Below, one piece after another: positions 9,537 to 19,220 of a stretch of 64,000 nt of DNA. The stretch covers positions 2,580 through 66,579 of the forward strand of contig RGZB01000002.1 in the NCBI GenBank assembly GCA_010031735.1, written 5' to 3'. Under the pieces are notes generated by a model, which saw nothing but the letters and a program-made list of their open reading frames with translations, did not search any database and was not told the DNA's origin. How positions within the stretch are numbered: the first letter of the stretch is position 1; every line of letters begins with the position of its first letter. Made by a program: the position numbers and the translations under genes. The stretch comes from Pseudomonadota bacterium. Lineage in GTDB: Bacteria; Pseudomonadota; Alphaproteobacteria; Rickettsiales; RGZB01.

Positions 9537-12149
9537 CTACGCGTCGGAGTCTGGGTTCTTCTTTTTACGTGTCGTTTTCTTCGCTGACGCCTTGCGTGCC
9601 GGCTTCTTCTTGCCGCCGCCCTCTTTGGCCTGGATGAGAGCGATCGCCTCTTCAAGCGTGAAGGTTTCGGTAGACGCATCCTTCGGGAGCGTCGCGTTGG
9701 TCTTTCCGTGTTTCACATACGGTCCGTATTTACCGGAATAGAGCCCGATATCCTCGCCCGAATCCGGATGCTTGCCGAGAATTTTGAGCGGCGCCGCACT
9801 ACCGCGACCGCCCTTAGCGCCCCGTGCACCGGCACGGGCTGCCGCTTCCGCGATCACCGTGACCGCACGGTTGATGCCGATCGTCAGCACATCATCGCCG
9901 GCTTTGATCGAAGTGTATTTACCGTCATGGAACAGGTACGGACCGAAACGGCCGACACCGGCCTTGATCATCTCACCCGTCTCCGGATGGAGGCCCACTT
10001 CGCGCGGTAATTGCAGGAGCGAGAGCGCCTCCTCGAGCGTCACCGTATCGGGTTTTAAATGCTTGAGCAGCGGCGCACGTTTCGGCTTCTTCTCTTCACC
10101 GAGCTGTACGTAGAAACCATACGGGCCTTGGCGCACGGAGACTTCCTGGCCATCCGGATGATTGCCGAGCACACGCGGATAGCTGCCGCCGACATTCTGT
10201 ACCGGCGTACCGTCTTCATTCTTGTTGCCGATCTCGACATCCAGCTGGCGGGTGTAGCGGCATTCCGGATAGTTCGAGCAACCGATGAAGGCACCGAATT
10301 TACCGACCTTCAACCCAAGCACGCCTTCACCGCAGGTCGGGCATTTGCGGCGCTCTTCCAGGCTACCCTTGCCCGGGAATAAGAAGTCGGCGAGCGTTTG
10401 ATTGAGTGCGTCGATCACGTCGGTGATTTTCAAATCCTTTGCACCTGCGACGTTGTTCGAAAAATCACCCCAGAACGCACGAAGCACCTGTTTCCAATCT
10501 GCTTCGCCAGCAGAGATACGGTCTAGATCTTCTTCCAGATTCGCCGTGAAATCGTATTCGACGTACTTGGTAAAGAATTTGGCCAAGAAGCTTGTGACCA
10601 CGCGGCCGCGGGGTTCTGGCACGAAACGTTTTTTATCGAGCTTCACATACTCACGGTCCTGCAGCACGGCGATGATGCTCGCATAGGTCGACGGGCGGCC
10701 GATGCCGAGCTCTTCCATGCGCTTGACCAAACTTGCTTCCGAGAAACGCGGCGGCGGTTCGGTGAAATGCTGCGCCGGCGTTACTTCCATTTGTTTCAGC
10801 GGCTCGCCTTCATTAAGCGGCGGCAAGATGCGGCCTTCATCGTCGTCATCATCCGGATCGTCGCGGTCTTCGTTATAGAGCGAGAAGAAGCCCGGGAATT
10901 TGATGGTGGACCCGCTCGCACGCAGCATGTTCTTATCTGCGGCGATATCGACCGAGACGACATCCAGCACCGCGCTTTCCATCTGGCTTGCGACCATGCG
11001 CTTCCAGATGAGGTCGTAGAGCGCACGCTGGTCCTCATCAAGATATTTCGCCACACTCGCCGGATCGCGGCGCACATCCGTCGGGCGGATCGCTTCATGC
11101 GCTTCCTGCGCGTTCGCGGCTTTCGACTGGTACATACGCGGGGATTTCGGAACGAAGCTCGTGCCGAAACGCTTCTCGATCAGGTCGCGCGTCGCCATCA
11201 CTGCTTCGGGCGCGACTTCGACACCGTCGGTACGCATGTAGGTGATTAAACCCACGGTTTCCTTGCCGATCTCGACACCTTCGTACAGACGCTGCGCGAG
11301 CTGCATCGTGCGCTTGGCACCGAAGCCGAGCTTGCGGAAGGCTTCCTGTTGCAGGGTAGAGGTAGTGAATGGCGCATACGGATTCCTGCGCGCCTGCTTC
11401 TTCTCGACGGAAGCGACTTTATACGACGCCGAACGGAGCGCGGTTGCGACCGCCTCCGCCTTCGCTTCGTTGTTTAAACTGAATTTCTCGAGCTTCTCGC
11501 CGTTCACATGGGTGAGACGCGCCGTGAAATGTTCTTTGCTGCTCTTCTCGAGCGCAACTTTGATATCCCAGTATTCTTCCGCGATGAATTTTTCGATCTC
11601 TTCCTCCCGGTCGCAGATCAGGCGGAGTGCGACCGACTGCACACGCCCTGCCGAACGCGAGCCCGGCAGCTTGCGCCAGAGAACGGGCGATAGATTGAAA
11701 CCGACGAGATAATCAAGGGCGCGGCGTGCCTGCTGCGCATTCACCAGATCCATATCGATCGCACGTGGTGCGGCCATCGCCGCCTCGACCGCCGTGCGGG
11801 TGATGGAGTTGAACACCACGCGTTCGATCTTGATGTCTTTGGGTAAGGCTTTTTTCTCGCGCAGCGCTTCCACCAGGTGCCATGAAATGGCTTCCCCTTC
11901 ACGGTCCGGGTCCGTCGCCAGGATGAGGGAATCTGCCTTTTTCACCGCATCGGCGATCGCTTTCATATTCTTGGAAGCATCATCCGGCACTTCATAGTGC
12001 ATGAGGAAGTCTTTATCGGGCTCGACCGATCCATCCGCCGAAGGAAGATCGCGGACATGGCCGAAGGAAGCCAGCACTTTATAGTCTGAACCGAGGTATT
12101 TATTAATGGTTTTACTTTTTGCCGGTGATTCGACGATAACTACGCGCAT
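9537..12149 (-). CDS. topA: DNA topoisomerase I
   Basis: 870-aa ORF. It has the Toprim N-terminus MRVVIVESPAKSKTINKYLG, then ...ATDPDREGEAISWH, the active-site region ITYMRTDG, C-terminal Zn-ribbon CPTCG/C..YPEC repeats and a lysine-rich tail. Confidence 0.96.
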   Translation of the reverse strand: MRVVIVESPAKSKTINKYLGSDYKVLASFGHVRDLPSADGSVEPDKDFLMHYEVPDDASKNMKAIADAVKKADSLILATDPDREGEAISWHLVEALREKKALPKDIKIERVVFNSITRTAVEAAMAAPRAIDMDLVNAQQARRALDYLVGFNLSPVLWRKLPGSRSAGRVQSVALRLICDREEEIEKFIAEEYWDIKVALEKSSKEHFTARLTHVNGEKLEKFSLNNEAKAEAVATALRSASYKVASVEKKQARRNPYAPFTTSTLQQEAFRKLGFGAKRTMQLAQRLYEGVEIGKETVGLITYMRTDGVEVAPEAVMATRDLIEKRFGTSFVPKSPRMYQSKAANAQEAHEAIRPTDVRRDPASVAKYLDEDQRALYDLIWKRMVASQMESAVLDVVSVDIAADKNMLRASGSTIKFPGFFSLYNEDRDDPDDDDDEGRILPPLNEGEPLKQMEVTPAQHFTEPPPRFSEASLVKRMEELGIGRPSTYASIIAVLQDREYVKLDKKRFVPEPRGRVVTSFLAKFFTKYVEYDFTANLEEDLDRISAGEADWKQVLRAFWGDFSNNVAGAKDLKITDVIDALNQTLADFLFPGKGSLEERRKCPTCGEGVLGLKVGKFGAFIGCSNYPECRYTRQLDVEIGNKNEDGTPVQNVGGSYPRVLGNHPDGQEVSVRQGPYGFYVQLGEEKKPKRAPLLKHLKPDTVTLEEALSLLQLPREVGLHPETGEMIKAGVGRFGPYLFHDGKYTSIKAGDDVLTIGINRAVTVIAEAAARAGARGAKGGRGSAAPLKILGKHPDSGEDIGLYSGKYGPYVKHGKTNATLPKDASTETFTLEEAIALIQAKEGGGKKKPARKASAKKTTRKKKNPDSDA

Positions 12150-12257
12150 TACTGTCCTGTTATAGAGACTTACAAGGGGCGGAAAAACGACCCTTTAAAG
12201 CAGGGAGGTGTACTAAATGTTGGCGCGTTTGGAAAGTAAAATCGGCGTAAAATCCCA

Positions 12258-12272
12258 TTAACCCTTTGTTAA
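12258..12272. promoter_or_regulatory. Perfect TTAA-N7-TTAA (CtrA-type) box
   Basis: TTAACCCTTTGTTAA(C). It ends 39 nt upstream of the ATG at 12312. TAGAAT (12289-12294) lies 16 nt downstream of the distal half-site, and AAGGAG is at 12301. Confidence 0.6.
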
Positions 12273-12311
12273 CAATAGGTTGTTAGTGTAGAATAGCACG
12301 AAGGAGAAACC

Positions 12312-13157
12312 ATGTCACCCACGACTAGCCACTGGACGGCAGAACAAGTCGCCGGTCTTGCGACCGCGCTCGGCTTCCTTGCCGAGGGCGTGAACAAGGC
12401 CGTTACACTGGTCGGCAAGCATGCGGGGCAGGAGAATGCCGATGCCATGATCAAACCGATCAGCGACGACATGACCGCACTTATTCTCGCGGTGGCGAGT
12501 GCCGATAAAGCCTCCTTGGGCAGCATACTCGAAGACCATTCAGGGGTTCTTTCTGACGCGATCTACGTCTGCCAGAAGCTAAAACTCAAATACAGTGACC
12601 GTTATGCACAAGCCCTTGCTGCAGGCGGCATCGCTGCGCATGAAATCCCACTCCAACCGCCGCCGCGGAAATCCCAAGTCGATACCTTGGAGCGCGCGAC
12701 CACAAAAATCGCGAACGAACAGGAAATGCTCTTGATCGGCTCCCGCTTCGCAGCCGCGGCCGTACAAGCACTCGGCGTCCTTAAGAAAGCCCGGCGTGAA
12801 ACCGTGAATGGCATGAAACTGGAATATGTGGCGGGGCTTACCGTAAAGATACAGAACTGCGATACCGCGTCCGAACTCAAAGAGCTGGTGACCTCCGAAC
12901 GGATGGCGAAATCGCTCTCGACCTCCATGGCCGTGATCAAAGCGCTCGGCGAGCGCAGCATGAACCAGGCGCTCGAGGAATTCTTATCGGCTGCGGAAAA
13001 AGCGAACATCCGCATGATTCCCGCTTCAGCGGAAACCATCCGGGAACTCGGTGGTGCGATCAGCGAAATACGGAAACAACTCAGCGTGAAAACGCCGGAG
13101 ATGGCACCGGCTGCAAAACCGACACCGAAGGATACATCCTCGAACAGCGGTTGGTAG
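12312..13157 (+). CDS. Hypothetical protein (ORFan, predicted helical)
   Basis: 281-aa ORF with an AAGGAG RBS 5 nt upstream of the ATG. No recognisable motif. It is inserted on the opposite strand between dprA and topA. Confidence 0.65.
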   Translation: MSPTTSHWTAEQVAGLATALGFLAEGVNKAVTLVGKHAGQENADAMIKPISDDMTALILAVASADKASLGSILEDHSGVLSDAIYVCQKLKLKYSDRYAQALAAGGIAAHEIPLQPPPRKSQVDTLERATTKIANEQEMLLIGSRFAAAAVQALGVLKKARRETVNGMKLEYVAGLTVKIQNCDTASELKELVTSERMAKSLSTSMAVIKALGERSMNQALEEFLSAAEKANIRMIPASAETIRELGGAISEIRKQLSVKTPEMAPAAKPTPKDTSSNSGW

Positions 13158-13159
13158 TT

Positions 13160-14311
13160 TTACGCGATCAATGCGACACGGCCACCCGGCAGATGCTCGA
13201 TGCGGCCCGCAAGTTCAAGCTCCAACAGAACGATCTGAATCACGGATGCAGAAAACCCACTGTGCTGGACAAGCGCATCGATCGTGATCGGCACGCTCGA
13301 TAGCATGGAGACGATCTCGCCGCGCGCACGCTCCAATTCCTCTTTCGCCGGCGGATTGAAACGACCGAAACCGTACTGCGTATCTTTCTCTTTTTCGAAA
13401 AGACCGGTATCCGCGCTACGGAAACCGCTGCGGAGCGCCTGCACGATATCGCTCACACCGGTAACGAGTGTCGCCCCTTGTTTGAGCAGGTGGTTAGGGC
13501 CCTCCGAACGCGGATCCGCGGGCGAACCCGGAACCGCGAATACATCCCTTCCCTGTTCGAGCGCCAACCGTGCGGTGATGAGAGAGCCGGAGCGAAGCGT
13601 TGCCTCCACCACCACGGTACCACGCGCCAAACCCGCAATGATGCGGTTACGCTGCGGGAAATGCTGTGCACGGGGCACCGCGCCATACGGAAGTTCGGCG
13701 ACGATCGCGCCCTTCTCCGCGATTTCCTGGTAAAGTCTGGCATTCTCGGGGGGATAGATATTGTCGATACCGCCCGCGAGCACCGCAACCGTGCCACTCG
13801 CGACCGAACCACGATGCGCCGCCGTATCGATCCCGCGTGCCATACCGGAGGCTACAATAAACCCTTCACGGCCCAGTTCTGCAGCTAGGGATTCGGCCAG
13901 GCGAAGACCCGCGAGGGAGGCATTACGCGCACCCACCATGGCCACCGTTTCTGCAGAGAGTGATTTGACATTGCCACGCACCGTGATGACCGGCGGGGCA
14001 TCATGGATCTCTGCAAGCAAGCGCGGATACGCCGCATCGGAACGGATGATGACATGGGCGCCGATACGCGTTGCCGCGGCCATCTCGCGCTCGGCTTCTG
14101 CGCGCGGAGCGATCTTGATCGGACGCTTTTTGCCGCCGCGCAGGGATATCTCCCCCGCCTGCTGGAGCGCGGCATCGACCGAACCGCATAGTTGCGTGAG
14201 CGCATAAAATGCACGCACGCCGACATTCTCGGAGCGATAAAGCTGCAGCCAGGAAATACGCTCTTCCTCGGTTGCGGAAAGAGAAAGGGATTTTTCTACC
14301 TGTGGTTTCAT
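13160..14311 (-). CDS. dprA: DNA-processing protein DprA (Smf)
   Basis: 383-aa ORF. VAMVGARNAS..G...A..LA..L...G..VASGMARGIDTAAH.G......TVAVLAGGID..YP.EN..L.. matches the DprA Rossmann core, and there is a C-terminal winged-helix-like tail. Confidence 0.9.
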   Translation of the reverse strand: MKPQVEKSLSLSATEEERISWLQLYRSENVGVRAFYALTQLCGSVDAALQQAGEISLRGGKKRPIKIAPRAEAEREMAAATRIGAHVIIRSDAAYPRLLAEIHDAPPVITVRGNVKSLSAETVAMVGARNASLAGLRLAESLAAELGREGFIVASGMARGIDTAAHRGSVASGTVAVLAGGIDNIYPPENARLYQEIAEKGAIVAELPYGAVPRAQHFPQRNRIIAGLARGTVVVEATLRSGSLITARLALEQGRDVFAVPGSPADPRSEGPNHLLKQGATLVTGVSDIVQALRSGFRSADTGLFEKEKDTQYGFGRFNPPAKEELERARGEIVSMLSSVPITIDALVQHSGFSASVIQIVLLELELAGRIEHLPGGRVALIA

Positions 14312-14387
14312 AGCTACCAGAAAAAACAGCTTTGGCGATAAGTTGCAAGTGCTTTAAGAACGGATTGACGGATTGTCGCCGGACGCC

Positions 14388-14402
14388 TTAATATTTCTTT
14401 AA
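14388..14402. promoter_or_regulatory. Perfect TTAA-N7-TTAA (CtrA-type) box
   Basis: TTAATATTTCTTTAA(C). It lies in the divergent dprA/14458 intergenic region, 55 nt upstream of the ATG at 14458. Confidence 0.55.
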
Positions 14403-14457
14403 CAATTTTACGTTATTGTTCAGTGAAACACGAAAATCATGCACATCGGGGGAATTT

Positions 14458-15690
14458 ATGGCTAAAAGGCTGATCGTTTATACCGCTGCTACCGGTTCAC
14501 GTTTCCACCGCGGCCAGAATCCTCACCTTCCCTTCACGATCGACGAAGTGATTGAGGATATCCAAGGCTGTTATGATGCCGGCTCACGCTATTACCATTA
14601 CCATTCCCTCACCGATGATGGCCGCCATATCTCGCTGCCGGATAAATACGAAGCCATCGGCAACTGGGTTGCCCAGAATCTGCCCGACATGCGTCTAAGC
14701 TTCGCCACCTCTCGTGGCGGGCAAGTGAACAACCAGGTCATGGAATTCCTGAACCGACAATACGGCGTCCCACTCAAAGGCAGCAACATCAACAATATCC
14801 CGGATGAACAGTTCCTGGCGGCCGAACTCGTGCGCGCCGGCTGTCTGACCCTTCCATCGGGTGCGCTTCCTTACGCCTGCACCACGATGACGGGTGCAGA
14901 GATCCGCATGGCCAAAGAAAATGAAACCGGTAACGCCGGCTATATCGACCCGCGCGGGACCTCCCGTGTGCAACTGGGATTCGAATATATCACCCGACTC
15001 GCCGCCGCACGGGGCGTGGTGGGTGAGGTGGAGATGACGACCTATACCACCAACGGCAAACGCGGTATTGAGAAAGAGGAGCGCGATTTCGACTCCCTCG
15101 GCCCGACGGCACCGGCGAGCAGCTTCAAAGTGCTGATGGACCTCGTGAAGAAAGATATGGTTGGAAGCCCACTCAGCATCGTACTGCTGCCGGGTTTCTC
15201 GGACGGCCTTCCGCTCAAAAGTCTATTCATCCATAAAGCGATCGACGATGCGGCGGCGATACTCACGGAGTTACGCAAACGCGGCGGTGATGGTTGGATC
15301 ACACTCGGCGGCGTCATCACACCGAACAAATACGAAGAACCACTCGAAGAACGTCATTTAACCGCACAAAACCTGAATCCTGCCCGTCAGAAAATCTTGA
15401 AAATCGCACTCGATCGCCCGGAAGTCAGTGCGACCCGCGTCGGTATGGAGGATGCGCCGTGGTGGCGTAACAGCGACGGTTCCATCGAACCGAAAAGCAA
15501 CACTTTCTACGTTCAGAAAACCGTGACACGCATCCGGGAACTCGGCGGCGAGATCATCACCGATCCGAAAGAAATGGATGCCATTATAGGTCGCGGCAAC
15601 CGCGCACAGGATCCCATCCTTAACGGCGGTTCGCTCGGTGAACTCTCTGCCAGGATACGAGGGGAATTACAGACCGTACGCGGCGCCTAA
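14458..15690 (+). CDS. Putative BKACE/DUF849-like (3-keto-5-aminohexanoate cleavage family) enzyme, divergent
   Basis: The ORF track starts at 14416. I prefer the ATG at 14458 because GGGGGA lies 5 nt upstream. The N-terminus RLIVYTAATGSRFHRGQNPHLPFTIDEVIEDIQGCYDAGSRYYHYHS resembles the DUF849 pattern (..itcA.tG........P.tp.Eia......y.aGA...HlH.R). Assignment is from memory only. Confidence 0.5.
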   Translation: MAKRLIVYTAATGSRFHRGQNPHLPFTIDEVIEDIQGCYDAGSRYYHYHSLTDDGRHISLPDKYEAIGNWVAQNLPDMRLSFATSRGGQVNNQVMEFLNRQYGVPLKGSNINNIPDEQFLAAELVRAGCLTLPSGALPYACTTMTGAEIRMAKENETGNAGYIDPRGTSRVQLGFEYITRLAAARGVVGEVEMTTYTTNGKRGIEKEERDFDSLGPTAPASSFKVLMDLVKKDMVGSPLSIVLLPGFSDGLPLKSLFIHKAIDDAAAILTELRKRGGDGWITLGGVITPNKYEEPLEERHLTAQNLNPARQKILKIALDRPEVSATRVGMEDAPWWRNSDGSIEPKSNTFYVQKTVTRIRELGGEIITDPKEMDAIIGRGNRAQDPILNGGSLGELSARIRGELQTVRGA

Positions 15691-16331
15691 AGCTTTTTCT
15701 CCTCGCCCATGATGAGGCGCTTGATATTGGCGTGGTGGCGGATCACCACCAGCATGGATAAGAACATCGTGACATAGAGCAGGCTGTATCCCGCCTTATC
15801 GGAAAAGAACAATGCGAAGGTCGGTGCGATGATCATCGCGAATAGAGAAGAGAGCGAGGAGATGCGCGTCACCAAAAACACCGAAATCCACGCGATCGCC
15901 GTGACCAAACCCAGCGGCCAGTAGAGTGCCGCAAGCACCGCGAGTGTCGTTGCGACGCCTTTGCCACCCTTGAATTTCAGATAGACCGGGAACACGTGGC
16001 CAAGCACCACAAACGCCGCTGCGAGCGCTGCCACCTCGCGGTCCGCCATCAGTTTGGCGAGGATGACGACCAACACGCCTTTGCCCGCATCGAGCAGCAG
16101 CGTGAAGATACCGACCATTTTACCGCCGACGCGGTAGGCATTCGTCGCTCCGATATTACCCGAACCCTGCGCACGGATATCGCCATGGCCGGAGAATTGC
16201 AGGAGCACCCACCCAAACGGCACCGAGCCGATAAGGTAGGCAAAAAGCAATATCCCGTAATCATTTAAACAAAGCTGCGGCAGCATAATTCTGCTTATCG
16301 TTATCCCAAGGAGTTCGGGTATTGCTAACAT
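15687..16331 (-). CDS. plsY: Glycerol-3-phosphate acyltransferase PlsY
   Basis: 214-aa ORF, multi-TM. AYLIGSVPFGW...GSGNIGATNAYRVGGK...FKGGKGVAT is diagnostic of PlsY. The start is uncertain (16331 or the internal ATG at 16286). Confidence 0.9.
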   Translation of the reverse strand: MLAIPELLGITISRIMLPQLCLNDYGILLFAYLIGSVPFGWVLLQFSGHGDIRAQGSGNIGATNAYRVGGKMVGIFTLLLDAGKGVLVVILAKLMADREVAALAAAFVVLGHVFPVYLKFKGGKGVATTLAVLAALYWPLGLVTAIAWISVFLVTRISSLSSLFAMIIAPTFALFFSDKAGYSLLYVTMFLSMLVVIRHHANIKRLIMGEEKKL

Positions 16332-16444
16332 ACCGTCGGGGTTTTTGCACTAACGATTATCCCGAAAAACCGCCACTCCGAATTGACAAACGTACTTGCT
16401 CTTCCTATGCTCCGGCCGCTTGTTTTTTTGAGAACGGAGTGCTT

Positions 16445-17557
16445 ATGCTGAAGTTCGGTGAATCTGCCCCTTTATTCATTTCGCAAACCACGCGTAACCC
16501 GAACTATGACTTCTCCACGATCGGTGGCGTATACCTCGTGCTCTGCTTCTTCGGCAGTACGAGCAATCCTTTTGCTGCGCGCGTCTTATCCCTGTTCCAC
16601 AAACGGGAAGATCTCTTTAATGCCGTCGATGCGGGATTCTTCGGCATCTGTACCGACCCGCAAGACCGCTCGAAGGATCGTGTCAAGGATGTGGGCTTTG
16701 GCATCATCCACCTTTGGGATTTCGACAAGATAGTGACCAAAGGCTACGGCGCATGCACAGCAGACGGCGCCACCAAACCCTACACCGTCGTGCTGGACCC
16801 CGCGCTTCGCACCATCAAGAGCTTTGCCTTCGCCGATAGCGATACGCCCGAGGGACATGTGGAACAAGTCCTCGCTTTGGTGGAGTCTTTTCCAAAAACC
16901 AAAGATAGCACAAACGAAGAACCAAAGAGTATGGTGGCGCCCGTGCTTTCTGTACCGCGCGTATTCACCCCGGAGTTCTGCGATCACCTTATCGAATATT
17001 ACAAGACGCATGAGCATGCCGATTCCGGCTTCATGCGCGATGTGGGCGGCAAGACCATAGGTGTCGTCGATTACACGATCAAAAAACGTGACGATTGCAT
17101 GGTCGAGGATGCAGAACTACGTGCGGAGATCCGTGGATATTTGAGTTCACGCCTGCTACCCTCGATCCGTAAGGCCTTCTGTTACCGGGCGACCGCCATC
17201 GAACGCTATATGATCGGTTGCTATGAGGCTAAAAGCGGCGGGCATTTCCGCCCGCATCGCGACAACACCACGCGCGCAACGGCACACCGTCGCTTCGCGG
17301 TCACCATCAACCTGAATCCGGAGGAATATGAAGGTGGCAACCTGCGTTTCCCCGAGTTCGGCCCGCAGCAATACCGCGCTGAGAAAGGCGGTGCGGTGGT
17401 GTTCTCCTGCTCGCTCCTGCATGCGGCCTTGCCCGTCACGAAAGGTACGCGCTTTGCCTTCCTGCCCTTCCTGTATGATGCCGAGGCCGCAAAGATACGC
17501 GATGAAAACCAGAAGTATCTCGATACCTCTGCGTCATTATCTAGCGCTGCGCAGTAA
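16445..17557 (+). CDS. Redoxin-like domain fused to 2OG-Fe(II) oxygenase (prolyl-hydroxylase-like)
   Basis: The ORF track starts at 16322. I prefer the ATG at 16445 because GGAG lies 6 nt upstream. The C-terminal half has HFRPHRDN...RRFAVTINLN..YEGGNLRFPEF...GGAVVFSCSLLHAALPVTKGTRFAFL (HxD...H, R). The N-terminal half is AhpC/TSA-like (GESAPLF...VYLVLCFFGS). Confidence 0.72.
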   Translation: MLKFGESAPLFISQTTRNPNYDFSTIGGVYLVLCFFGSTSNPFAARVLSLFHKREDLFNAVDAGFFGICTDPQDRSKDRVKDVGFGIIHLWDFDKIVTKGYGACTADGATKPYTVVLDPALRTIKSFAFADSDTPEGHVEQVLALVESFPKTKDSTNEEPKSMVAPVLSVPRVFTPEFCDHLIEYYKTHEHADSGFMRDVGGKTIGVVDYTIKKRDDCMVEDAELRAEIRGYLSSRLLPSIRKAFCYRATAIERYMIGCYEAKSGGHFRPHRDNTTRATAHRRFAVTINLNPEEYEGGNLRFPEFGPQQYRAEKGGAVVFSCSLLHAALPVTKGTRFAFLPFLYDAEAAKIRDENQKYLDTSASLSSAAQ

Positions 17558-17560
17558 TGC

Positions 17561-18079
17561 CTAGAGTTTAGAATCCTGGTTCTGCAGCACGATACCGTAG
17601 CGCTTGTTCATCTGGCCGACCTGACCGATGATGCGCATACCGATACGCCCGATCTCTTCGAGCAGGTCTGCCATGTCATTGTATTGTTTTTTCGGATTCA
17701 GGAACTCGTGTTTTTCCAAGCTGCAGTAGGTGTCCGTATCGTCGATGAAGGCTTTGGCATAGATATAGAACTTCGCGATCTCCACCGTCAGATCCGGAGG
17801 AAGAAGCCCGAGCTTCTCGCAGTTGCGCTCATACACCGCAAAGTAATTTTGTTTCGCATCGAGCAGCACACGTCTGCCCTTCTTAGCTGCATCGCGCAAT
17901 TCTTGCACATACTTACGCTGCTCGACCTTGGTGAGGAGCGCAACCACTTCGCCATAAAAGGCATTGGCCAGGCCCATCATCTCGTTATTACGCCGGCGCG
18001 CTTCAAGCCACATGTTGGCGACCCCGCCGGCAAGTGCACCCAGGATCGCACTCAGTAATACTGCAATATTGCTTTCCAT
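17561..18079 (-). CDS. Hypothetical membrane-anchored protein
   Basis: 172-aa ORF with one N-terminal TM (IAVLLSAILGALAGGVANMWL) followed by a helical soluble part. It lies 56 nt downstream of the pyruvyl-transferase gene. Confidence 0.5.
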   Translation of the reverse strand: MESNIAVLLSAILGALAGGVANMWLEARRRNNEMMGLANAFYGEVVALLTKVEQRKYVQELRDAAKKGRRVLLDAKQNYFAVYERNCEKLGLLPPDLTVEIAKFYIYAKAFIDDTDTYCSLEKHEFLNPKKQYNDMADLLEEIGRIGMRIIGQVGQMNKRYGIVLQNQDSKL

Positions 18080-18135
18080 ACTAACCCTCTACCCGCAGCT
18101 TAGCGTTTTGTTTGCACATTGCAATGGCGACCACC

Positions 18136-18960
18136 TTAACGGAAGGGAAAGGATGCCTGCAATTGCTGTTTTACTTTCTCGATACCCGGTCGGGCGTATC
18201 CTGAGAGATGCGCTTCAGGATTCTGCACCAGACCCAGTGAATTCGCGGAGATCCGCTGGGGTGCCTGCTCTGCCAAGCCCTCAAAAACGCTGTAGTAATC
18301 ATGGAATTTATAGAGGCCGAATTTATTCTTCAAGCCATCCAGCTCAATCCACTGATTCGGGATCCCGAGACTATCCGCCACCACCAGCCCATGGAGACTC
18401 GAAGAGAGTATGGAGTCACACTCCATGATCCGGCGCAGAACCCCGAGGGGCTCACGCTCGACATCGATAACGGTCGCACCCGGGACCTGTTCTTCTATCA
18501 CACTGAGGAGCGGGCTTCGCTTATCCTCATGGTGCGGAATGATGCCCACGCGGTATTGCTTCGGGGGCGCGCAGTCCATGATCCGGTCTGCAAGAAGCCC
18601 GGGATCGCCGAGCGGCACCGCTTTATCGGGCGAAAAGAATTGTTGCGTTATATGTCCGCGGAGCGCTCGGATATCCAAGCTGCGGAAGGGCTTTGAGGTC
18701 ACCCGCTCGTGCAGGGCACCCGAGCCCCAGATGACGAGCGGCGAGAATCTCCGCATAAGCATTTTATATTTTTTGCGCTGACAGATGATACGCGTGTTTT
18801 TGTCATAGAAAATAAATTGCAGCAGACTTCCGATGCTGGCGACATCCGCTCTGTCTAACGACGCATATTCCGTCGGTGTGGAAAAAACCCGCTCGAACAA
18901 CAGGGGGGCCAGCGCATCCCCAAAATTGATCCTATCGTTCCAGTAATAGAGCTTGAGCAT
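18136..18960 (-). CDS. Polysaccharide pyruvyl transferase family protein
   Basis: 274-aa ORF. The N-terminus YYWNDRINFGDALAPLL and the C-terminus ILSSSLHGLVVADSLGIPNQWI are characteristic of PS_pyruv_trans. Confidence 0.75.
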   Translation of the reverse strand: MLKLYYWNDRINFGDALAPLLFERVFSTPTEYASLDRADVASIGSLLQFIFYDKNTRIICQRKKYKMLMRRFSPLVIWGSGALHERVTSKPFRSLDIRALRGHITQQFFSPDKAVPLGDPGLLADRIMDCAPPKQYRVGIIPHHEDKRSPLLSVIEEQVPGATVIDVEREPLGVLRRIMECDSILSSSLHGLVVADSLGIPNQWIELDGLKNKFGLYKFHDYYSVFEGLAEQAPQRISANSLGLVQNPEAHLSGYARPGIEKVKQQLQASFPFR

Positions 18961-19220
18961 TCCCTCAGGTTTCTGTTGTCAGGTTACCGAACCTATTACC
19001 CAGGGACTCTACTTCATAATGTTTTGGAATGACAAGCATCTTTATATGCAGGAGCGGCACAAGAAACGGGTTGCTTGCGCCGTGAACGACGCGAAAAGCA
19101 TGGGCCTGCGCCGCCCTCTCTGCTCTCTGCTTCGCCGTCCAACCCCTTCTATCGTTTTGCCGAACGCGGTTCATCCGTTACGTCAATACCACTCTCTAAA
19201 CGGCCTTGTGCTGTTTAGAA

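Noticed and set aside
14354-14368. Additional CtrA-like site TTAAGAACGGATTGA near the 14388 box
   Set aside because: It has one mismatch (TTGA) and is not needed for the argument, so it is not counted among the nine perfect sites.
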